From the IMG/VR virus record IMGVR_UViG_2049941000_000086: a stretch of 64,000 nt of DNA; one strand, given 5' to 3'. Shown here in pieces: positions 57,283 to 64,000 of the stretch (positions are counted from its first letter, which is position 1; each line of letters starts with the position of its first letter). The stretch is from an uncultured virus (IMG/VR IMGVR_UViG_2049941000_000086) (Duplodnaviria; Heunggongvirae; Uroviricota; Caudoviricetes). Position numbers and translations under genes: made by a program. The notes beneath the pieces were generated by a model. That model searched no databases. It had not been told where the DNA came from and saw only the letters and a program-made list of their open reading frames with translations.

Positions 57283-58135
57283 CGGTATCTACCTCCAGTT
57301 CTGCCATTTGGGAGATCGTCTCCTTGATTCTCGTCACTGCTATTTGGTAGTACCGTTCGTCAAGCTCAATACCGCAAAAGCTGCGTCCAGTATTCAGTGC
57401 CGCGACGCCCGTGCTGCCTGAACCCATGCAGAAGTCCAGCACCACGTCTCCTGGGTCTGTGTAGGTCTTAATAAGCCATTCTTCCAACCTTACGGGCTTC
57501 TGCGTACTGTGATAGGCTCCGCGCTGTTTGTCCGTCGAATATGTGAGAACGCTCGTAGGATACCGCTCCGTCGAGTCGTAGGAAATCAAGCCGTATTCGC
57601 CGTAATCCGTACTCATTTTAGAATTGCGCTTGTGGTCTGCGGTGCTGACCTTCCGTTCGTGGCCGTATGTCTTTTGCGGGTGGTATGTGACCGGAGTTTT
57701 CCGGTAGAAAATGCAAATATCTTCGTGCGCCCTGAGCGGCATCCGGTTTGCATTGAGAAATCCCGTCGGCGTCGTTTTGTGCCAAACAAGGTTGTAGCGC
57801 CAGTCTTTCGGATTACTGTTCATCAGCTTCGCTGTGAACATGCCGCCGGAGTGGAGGGCAATGACTGCGTTTTTCTTGCAAACACGATGCAGTTCTTTCC
57901 AGAGCTTATCCATCGGAAGGGGAACGTCCCATTTGTTTCGTGTTGCCTGATAAGGCGGGTCGGCAAGCACCATATCAACGCCGTGATCGTGGAAGTTACT
58001 CAGTTCCTCGATGCAGTCGGCACGGACCAGGTTAATGAACTGTGCGCGATTCTCACCGTAGAACCGTATGAAGTTCGCTTGGTGATCTCCGATCAGATAT
58101 TCCCAGCTACCTATTTTCTGCCACACGGTCATCAC
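57272..58135 (-). CDS. beta-class N6A/N4C DNA methyltransferase
   Basis: DPPY, HSTQKP, VLDFCMGSGST, GIELD. Confidence 0.92.
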   Translation of the reverse strand: MMTVWQKIGSWEYLIGDHQANFIRFYGENRAQFINLVRADCIEELSNFHDHGVDMVLADPPYQATRNKWDVPLPMDKLWKELHRVCKKNAVIALHSGGMFTAKLMNSNPKDWRYNLVWHKTTPTGFLNANRMPLRAHEDICIFYRKTPVTYHPQKTYGHERKVSTADHKRNSKMSTDYGEYGLISYDSTERYPTSVLTYSTDKQRGAYHSTQKPVRLEEWLIKTYTDPGDVVLDFCMGSGSTGVAALNTGRSFCGIELDERYYQIAVTRIKETISQMAELEVDTDAG

Positions 58136-58380
58136 CTCCCGACCACAACTTCAAACCCGCCGCCCTGTTTGCAGCGAAGGAATGCCAGAGGGTTGTCCCG
58201 CAGCAGTTCACGGTTCTCGATCATGCAGTCGATAGCCTGCTCTATCGTTTTCGCATTGAGCCGCATCTTGTGGCGCTTCAGATCTTCCGCAAAGGCGGCG
58301 TCAAGCTGGTCCCTCACTTTAAGAAGGGCGGTGGTAAACCCGTGGTTGAATCCGAATTCCATGCGTTCCAATTCCGTCAC
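58132..58380 (-). CDS. hypothetical protein
   Basis: 82-aa coupled ORF. Confidence 0.6.
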   Translation of the reverse strand: MTELERMEFGFNHGFTTALLKVRDQLDAAFAEDLKRHKMRLNAKTIEQAIDCMIENRELLRDNPLAFLRCKQGGGFEVVVGR

Positions 58381-58381
58381 C

Positions 58382-59297
58382 TCAGTCCTGGTCCCAAAAG
58401 CTGATGTTCTGTGTCATGCGCTCGAAGCGATCTTCTTCCTGCTGGAAGTAGCGCTCGTCAATCTCTGTCCCGACAAAGTTCAGTCCCGCTTCATAAGCCG
58501 CTATGCGGCTGCTACCGCTGCCGAGGTGAGTGTCGAGGATCGTCATACCCGGCTTTGCGTAGTTGGCAAATATCCAGCGGTACAGGTCAATCGGCTTTGC
58601 AGTAGGATGAAAGCGTGGATCACTGGCTTTCCCCTGCGGAGCGCATTCAAACACCTTGGCATTGCTGTTGAAGCTGGTCCATGCGTATTCAGCCATCGCC
58701 ATGCTGAAACTCTCGCTGATGCTGAGTTTGCGCCAGATCAGGAAGCACCGCGTTGGCGGAAGACTGAAGTAGTTGCCGCCCCAAATTATCTGCGCCTGGG
58801 ATACGCGGAAAAGCTCATCGAAGTATTCTTTTCCAGGGGCCACGTCCCAGGCTATGATTTTTTTCCGTACTTCTCCGCCCAAGTCCCGCCTGTCCTGGCT
58901 ACCTTCGTCTCCGACGGTGAGGTACTTTCTCCAGGGGTCTTTCTTTCCGCCGCCGTGGAATCTGAGACGACGCTTGTTTTGTATCTCTCGAATCGGCTTC
59001 CCGGACTGCCAAAGCGGTTGTACGTCGGGGTGCTTCTCTCTCTCTCTCTCTCTCTACATTAACAGTCTGTGAACTTTCGTTATAACGGTCGAAACGTCCG
59101 CGCTGATTGCGGTGCTCTATGTCTTCGGATTGAAGCGCGTCTCCGTAAGGGGGGTCGCATACGGCCAAATCCACGCAGTTGTCGGGCATGGCACGGAGAA
59201 GGTCCATACAGTCCGCATTGAATGCGACGTTGAACTTGCCATCCGTGTCCAGCGTCTGCTCAGCACCGTGGATATCAAGGAATGTGATTGTCTCCAT
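58382..59297 (-). pseudogene. second beta-class DNA methyltransferase, currently out of frame at a (GA)10 repeat (phase-variable candidate)
   Basis: DPPY in the 5' frame; IIWGGNYF, HPTAKP, LDTHLGSGS in the 3' frame; repeat at 59035-59055. Confidence 0.8.
59035..59055. repeat. (TC)10T dinucleotide simple repeat inside the methyltransferase gene
   Basis: Direct reading. Confidence 0.95.
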
Positions 59298-59442
59298 CGT
59301 TTTCCCACCATCCTATGCTCAGTTCTCCGGTCAGCACGTTGCGCAATATCTGCACCGTTCAGTTGGTATGCAGTTCCAGTTCCTCGTAGAGATTCACTTC
59401 GACGGTTTCTTCCTCTTCCGGGGTCACGGTCTCGTCATTCAT
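59275..59442 (-). pseudogene. small conserved-looking ORF with in-frame TGA
   Basis: ..LYEELELHTN*TVQILRNVLTGELSIGWWEN..; coupled at both ends. Confidence 0.5.
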
Positions 59443-59863
59443 CGGAGTTGCGAAGATCGGTGGAGGCATTCAACGGCTCTAAAATATCAGCCAAGTTACG
59501 TGCCGCTTCGCCGCTGTCACAACAAACCTTGACTTTGACTTCTGCCTCTCTACTGGTTTCGTGTTCCGCAACGACTGCCGCTTTCAGAAGCAGAAGGTAA
59601 TTGATGTGGTCGGTAATCTTCTCGTTCCACAACTCCAAAGGATAGGAGTGGCCGCTCCTGCACATGTCGTAGATAGAAATTGTATGTTTAGCCATCATAC
59701 CAGCGAGAGCTTCGGTGGGCGCACAGCCCATCATTCCCGCTGCGGCTTTGAAGTTGTGCAGGCGATCACCTCCGGTGGCATACTCACCCGCTTTCTTCAG
59801 CAGGATGCCCTTACAGGTTTCAATCTGATCTTCGATAATCTTCTCGAACTGTTCGCTGTTCAT
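59435..59863 (-). CDS. hypothetical all-helical protein (possibly nucleotide-modification associated)
   Basis: KAGEYA..DRLHNF..MAKH..EKITDHINYL; AAGGAG RBS. Confidence 0.65.
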   Translation of the reverse strand: MNSEQFEKIIEDQIETCKGILLKKAGEYATGGDRLHNFKAAAGMMGCAPTEALAGMMAKHTISIYDMCRSGHSYPLELWNEKITDHINYLLLLKAAVVAEHETSREAEVKVKVCCDSGEAARNLADILEPLNASTDLRNSDE

Positions 59864-59884
59864 TGGTGTCTCTCCTTCGTTTAT

Positions 59885-59959
59885 TGGCAGGGATGGAAGG
59901 ATTCGGACCTGCGCGTAACTGGTTCAAGGCCAGATGCCTTTCCGCTTGGCTACATCCCC
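59885..59959 (-). tRNA. tRNA-Gln(UUG), atypical (C33, T-loop UCCGAAU)
   Basis: Cloverleaf GGGGATG..CATCCCT-G-CCA; anticodon loop CCTTGAA. Confidence 0.75.
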
Positions 59960-60260
59960 GTGTTTCACGATATCGGCGGAGGATCGGTCGCCGTAACCAT
60001 ACACCACGCCAGGGCGCTCCTGAGTTGGCCCGCGTCGCCACGCCACTTCCTCACCTTCGGTTGAGACTTCCGAAGCCTCCGCCGCTACCACGGAACTTTT
60101 CAGCCCTGCGCCCGCACAGGTCGCATCCGTTTTTTTTACAGGGCCGGAGCCAGCCACTATTATTTATCATCCGCCGAGATTGTGCGCTCCCGAACGGTGA
60201 AGCCCGTCTTCACCCCGTCCCTTGTTATGGACGATTTGTATAGGTGAAGCTAACCGGGCG

Positions 60261-60334
60261 TGGAGCGAGTGACCGGATTTGAACCGGCGCTCCCAGCTTG
60301 GAGGGCTGGTGTTCTACCTCTGAACTACACCCGC
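60261..60334 (-). tRNA. tRNA-Gly(UCC) with C33
   Basis: GCGGGTG..CACTCGC-T-CCA; CCAGC CCTCCAA GCTGG; GGTTCAAATCC. Confidence 0.9.
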
Positions 60335-60696
60335 ATAAAAAAGGGGAGGAGGTGCTTGCACCATGCGCTCTCGGAGTCGAACCTTCGTAGCTCGCGGACT
60401 CGAACCACTCTGCGCACCTCCGACTACTACCGTTCGTCGTGGTTCCCCTATTTTGCCGCCTCACGGGAATAGGAATGACGGTTGTACCCATGCCAGCGGA
60501 CTTTCAAAAGCCGTCTTTATCGCTCTCCTCGCGCCTGACTCGCACAGGCGGCACGTCTGCCGGTGCTATGCCGGGAATAGGTTGCTCACCCAGCTATGCG
60601 GACTTTCGCCCCGTTAATCCGCTTTGTACGGTCTTTCCTATGTACGCAGCCCGACCGTCAGTTCCCGCGTACCGCTATTCACGGGTTGCGGCCCCG

Positions 60697-60768
60697 TGCC
60701 GATCTGCCGGAATCGAACCGGCTTTCCCGGATTTTACCCGGAGGACACCCTATGTCCCATCGTCGGCA
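60697..60768 (-). ncRNA. tRNA-like element, no CCA, non-canonical anticodon loop
   Basis: TGCCGA/TCGGCA stem, GGACA/TGTCC arm, CCGG GTAAAAT CCGG, GCCGG TTCGATT CCGGC. Confidence 0.55.
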
Positions 60769-61100
60769 TATACGATTCGTTTCGAGTGATTACCACGAGG
60801 TCGAAACGCTTCCCCCTTCCGGGGTATACCTTTAAGCTCCTCGTTGCCGTCTGTTCCGTGCTGCCACCCGAATTGCCGTTTTACACTACTCCTGTCGGTT
60901 TCGTTTCGTAACCAACCTGCGTTTCTCCGATACTCACCCGGCTCGTCCGTCCGGGACTGCACATCTTGCATCGGCGCTTGGCTGGGATTTCGGCATTGGC
61001 ACCCCGCCGCGCTTGGCCTTATCACCGACCCTCGTGTGTCGAGGCTAAACAAGCCGCACACGAATCCAGCTTCTCGCGCTTCCTCCACCGCTTGCGGGAT

Positions 61101-61189
61101 TGGTGCCGGGGACGGGATTTGAACCCGCATCACCATCTTCTCGCGCCACCGATAGGATGGCATCCTAACCCTTAGACGACGTTCCCGGC
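61101..61189 (-). ncRNA. tRNA-like RNA with 18-nt anticodon loop and CCA end
   Basis: GCCGGG/CCCGGC-A-CCA, D arm, CCATC..GATGG, GCGGG TTCAAAT CCCGT. Confidence 0.65.
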
Positions 61190-61457
61190 ATAATGCCGGT
61201 CTTTCCCGGCTGTCCATCGGTCTATTCCGATTGTCGTGTGGTCAGGAGACACACCCTCCGGCGCTCACTTTTCTTGCATGGTTTCTGAGCGTTCCCCATA
61301 GCCCCATGCGCACCCGGCTCTTTCCTTTGTCCCCGGCGTGTCCGAGTCATCCGGGAGGCTCCCTTGTCAGAGGAGGGAGAAAAAACGGGTTTAATCACGG
61401 TTTGCCCACCGTCCGGGGAGAGGTCTTATCCCCGGCTCTTATACCTTGCGGAACCTC

Positions 61458-61610
61458 TGGTGCCGAGGGGAGGATTTGAACCCCCACGGTTGAACGACAC
61501 TTCATCCGGTAGCAGATATGGATTGTACTTCTCCACAGCTTGTCAGTGCCAGCACTTCAACTTAGTCTCCGTGTCGTCTGCTCGCTTTTTCCGCATTAAG
61601 CTACCTCGGC
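61458..61610 (-). ncRNA. tRNA-like RNA whose anticodon arm is replaced by a long insertion; CCA end
   Basis: GCCGAGG/CCTCGGC-A-CCA, D and T arms, GACGACAC/GTGTCGTT stem enclosing ~60 nt. Confidence 0.7.
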
Positions 61611-61645
61611 ATAATGCCGGTCTATTCCCGGCAGGCAGCGATGTC

Positions 61646-62362
61646 TTACAGCATCACGGTTACGTTCGGCATGTCCTGAAGCTGCTCCTGAAGCCATGCC
61701 TTTGCGGTGTTCCTGGCGGTCAACTTCCACATGCCGCCGTCCGCTTCCCGGAACGTGATGCCGCGCTCGGATATACGGATCAGGAAGATGCCCTCCGGCT
61801 GCTCGATCTCCTGGAAGGTGCGGTAGGGGCGGAGCTTGACCAGCGGCTTGATCGTCGTGTTCTGCGCCAGGGCCGCGCCCTTCTGCGTCACGATGGTGCT
61901 TGCCACGCCGTTGTCCGTGTACGTCACCTTCGCACCGGTAGTGATCTGGCTCAGGAGCGTGAGCGTGTACTCGCGGTCTCCGCCGTCCTGGAACCGGGTC
62001 ATCAGCGCCACGGCTGCCTGGTCGAATCCCATCTGCACCTCCGGTTCCCATCCGGGGATGTCAATGGCTCTGGCGTTATACAGGACGTTCCGCTTCCATC
62101 TGGTGTCTTCACTGGGAGAGTCATATACGTCAACCTCGTCGTGGCCGGTGACGGAGACGAAAATCTGACGGTCCTGCTGTTCTTTCTTCACGAGCTGTAC
62201 CAAAGCGTCCAAGCTGTTGAGCCGCACCGTCTCCGGAGAGTCGATGGCAGGACGCAGTTCCTCGGTGTGGTCTGCGTAAAGAACGTAGGAATGATCGCCC
62301 TCCGTATAGACCAGAGGGCTGCTCATTTCCTCGATTTTTTCGATCGCTTCTTTCAGCATCAT
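61646..62362 (-). CDS. conserved phage hypothetical protein
   Basis: LRPYRTFQEIEQP..F..READGGMWK; AAGGAGG RBS. Confidence 0.8.
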   Translation of the reverse strand: MMLKEAIEKIEEMSSPLVYTEGDHSYVLYADHTEELRPAIDSPETVRLNSLDALVQLVKKEQQDRQIFVSVTGHDEVDVYDSPSEDTRWKRNVLYNARAIDIPGWEPEVQMGFDQAAVALMTRFQDGGDREYTLTLLSQITTGAKVTYTDNGVASTIVTQKGAALAQNTTIKPLVKLRPYRTFQEIEQPEGIFLIRISERGITFREADGGMWKLTARNTAKAWLQEQLQDMPNVTVML

Positions 62363-62373
62363 CTGTTACCTCC

Positions 62374-62724
62374 TTACTTGGCGATCCGGAGAATCGGTGC
62401 CGGTTCCTGCTCTTCTCCGTCGAAGCTGGCCTGCCCCGGAATCTGCGGGGTCATTTCCACCACGGAGAAATCTCCGTAGCTCCCCTGGCTCGCGTACAGT
62501 GCCGTCTTCACAGGGACGGTAGGCTGAAGAACGCTCTTTGCCGTAACGCTGACGCTGATGGTCTGGCGCTCGTCGTCAGGCAGGAACTCCACCGTCAGCG
62601 TGATTTTTCTCTTTGCCGAAGCTTTCGTGTTCGGGTCGAGAATGTTTTGCAGGACGCGGCCCATTTCATAGTCAACACGTTCCGTGATTGCGCCGCGAGC
62701 CATTTCAAGGATGCTCTTTTCCAT
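62374..62724 (-). CDS. conserved phage protein (often labelled replication terminator-like)
   Basis: GAITERVDYEM..NILDPNTKA..KRKITL. Confidence 0.75.
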   Translation of the reverse strand: MEKSILEMARGAITERVDYEMGRVLQNILDPNTKASAKRKITLTVEFLPDDERQTISVSVTAKSVLQPTVPVKTALYASQGSYGDFSVVEMTPQIPGQASFDGEEQEPAPILRIAK

Positions 62725-62826
62725 TTGGTTTCACTCCTTTCCGTGTGTTTCGGTATTCCGCTGCTCTTCAGGCGGGAACCGTTTACGCTTAAAGTCTAGC
62801 ACACGCCTTTGTACTCCGTAAGATTT

Positions 62827-62906
62827 CGGGGCGGGGTGGCCTCGAACCACCGGGGGATCACTGTCCCCAGCGACGCATCGCCGTACTTCCCTGTACCACC
62901 GCCCCG
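62827..62906 (-). ncRNA. tRNA-like element with 8-bp acceptor stem, long variable arm and collapsed anticodon loop
   Basis: CGGGGCGG/CCGCCCCG, GTAC/GTAC, GCGA TGCG TCGC, GGGGA/TCCCC, GGTGG TTCGAGG CCACC. Confidence 0.6.
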
Positions 62907-62998
62907 TATCTACTCAAGGGGGAATTTAATCTCCGTCGTTCCCGGAGTCACGGGGCATCACCCCCTTCATATCATTTTCGTGGCGTCACGAAAATGGT

Positions 62999-63376
62999 CT
63001 ACTTCTGATAGGTTCCGAGGACGTTCCGCTCCGCCCGATCCTCCGCCCTTTTGTTCATCCACATGAGGGCTTCCTCGATGTGCGTCAGGGCGCAGGCGTT
63101 TTCCCGGCAGGCAAACTCTCCGGCCTGAAACGCTTTCAGCCGGTCACGGACGATTTCCAAAAGGTCTCCGTCCAGTACACCAGTCCGCGCATCAGGGTCA
63201 GTCCTCGCGCCCTTCTGAAACCTGATTTGTTCGCTGGTCACACTACCGCCGCCAGTTTCGGTGCTGCGCCACATCAACACCGTATAGTCGTGGTACGCTC
63301 CGCCGGGGCCGATCTCCCCTTCACGGAAGACTTCGTTCAGATTGTTTCTCTTCTGAATCGTCGAAAGTTTTTCCAT
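62999..63376 (-). CDS. tad1: Thoeris anti-defence 1 signal-sponge protein
   Basis: [58 protein letters not shown], as recalled for Clostridium Tad1. Confidence 0.88.
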   Translation of the reverse strand: MEKLSTIQKRNNLNEVFREGEIGPGGAYHDYTVLMWRSTETGGGSVTSEQIRFQKGARTDPDARTGVLDGDLLEIVRDRLKAFQAGEFACRENACALTHIEEALMWMNKRAEDRAERNVLGTYQK

Positions 63377-63378
63377 CG

Positions 63379-63819
63379 TTATTCTCCCTCCTTTTTTACG
63401 GTAATCTTCGGCTCCGTCCCCCAAATGTGAACGGGGTCTGCGTCAACCGTCCAGCTCTCCCGTTTGTCCTCCGGAAGCTGGTGCCAGAAGAAGTTGCGGA
63501 TGACCGAGTACATATCAAACGCCACCTGAACATCCTCTGTCTTACGGAAATGCTCAAGGTTGCCACCGGATGCGGCTCGCATCGCCAGTTCAAGCATCTC
63601 CTTGCAGGCATCGCGTCTGAGTATGCGTCTGTCGAACTCCGGGTCGTCCGGCTTGTATTCATAGTTCAGCCAAGCCAGGTCTTCCGCCATGTCCCACGTC
63701 TGGCCTATGCACATCCTAGCCCACTTCTCACATACATTCTGTAACAGCCGGAGCTGCCGCTCGTTGAGCGTGATGGTGTACTTCTGCTCCGGAGGCGTCT
63801 CCGTTTTCTTTCTCGCCAT
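63379..63819 (-). CDS. hypothetical protein
   Basis: 146-aa ORF, GGGAG RBS. Confidence 0.75.
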   Translation of the reverse strand: MARKKTETPPEQKYTITLNERQLRLLQNVCEKWARMCIGQTWDMAEDLAWLNYEYKPDDPEFDRRILRRDACKEMLELAMRAASGGNLEHFRKTEDVQVAFDMYSVIRNFFWHQLPEDKRESWTVDADPVHIWGTEPKITVKKEGE

Positions 63820-63837
63820 TATCTTTCGCTCCCTTCG

Positions 63838-64000
63838 TTATTCGGTGCCATCTTTGTCTTCGGATTGAATACCGTCTTTCTTCGAGACGTATACGCCCCA
63901 CTCCTTGATGTCCGTCTCGTGCGTTTCTTCGCTGACCGGGATTCCCAGGAATCGCAGACGGTTCTTCGCTATAATGGCGTCGTTCTCCGTCTCCATGTGT
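63838..64000 (-). CDS. hypothetical protein, partial
   Basis: Open frame ..ETENDAIIAKNRLRFLGIPV..DGTE*. Confidence 0.45.
   Translation of the reverse strand, partial: HMETENDAIIAKNRLRFLGIPVSEETHETDIKEWGVYVSKKDGIQSEDKDGTE

Noticed and set aside
59863..61620. Short ORFs in the tRNA cluster
   Set aside because: They overlap tRNA or tRNA-like structures and lack RBSs and protein-like composition.
1..64000. Genome-wide TGA recoding
   Set aside because: Many clear genes end in TGA, often in ATGA/GTGA overlaps. Only two internal TGAs were found, and no UCA-anticodon tRNA.

Overview
The whole window is a gapped (N-containing) scaffold of a GC-rich temperate siphophage, probably of a Clostridia-type Firmicute (SLH-domain endolysin, SleB-like hydrolase, Tad1, strong AGGAGG RBSs). 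Almost all genes are on the minus strand. Left to right: tail fibre/lysis genes (2.3-13.8 kb), tape measure and tail (13.8-26.9 kb), head and terminase (27-36.6 kb), DNA modification (36.8-41.3 kb), replication/recombination (41.7-49.5 kb), immunity, integrase and an intact attP matching the 3' half of tRNA-Ala(GGC) (53-55.8 kb), and accessory genes with two beta-class methyltransferases, tRNAs and tRNA-like RNAs, and tad1 (55.9-64 kb). The standout is 49533-51466. A solo Cas7/RAMP-like gene and an accessory gene flank a ~750-bp non-coding array of four long, mutually unrelated stems and six tracts of 5-nt periodicity (NN+ACA-like on the gene strand). Reading only the variable dinucleotides as the first two bases of successive codons spells recognisable phage protein motifs: family-A DNA polymerase motif A (SAIEARVLAWLAGEQW), a Sak4/AAA_24 ATPase motif, an ImmA/IrrE-like HExxH motif, and a homologue of the phage's own HTH gene. 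This points to an RNA-guided, wobble-skipping anti-rival-phage system (VIPR-like, but with a non-GGY motif). Other notable items: a permuted, split multi-TRD C5 methyltransferase with an overprinted subunit, a methyltransferase whose variable region is dual-coded and selected by two simple repeats, an antisense repressor-mimic ORF, an N-terminally extended major tail protein, and tRNAs/tRNA mimics with altered anticodon arms. All family assignments come from motif recognition by eye, not database searches.
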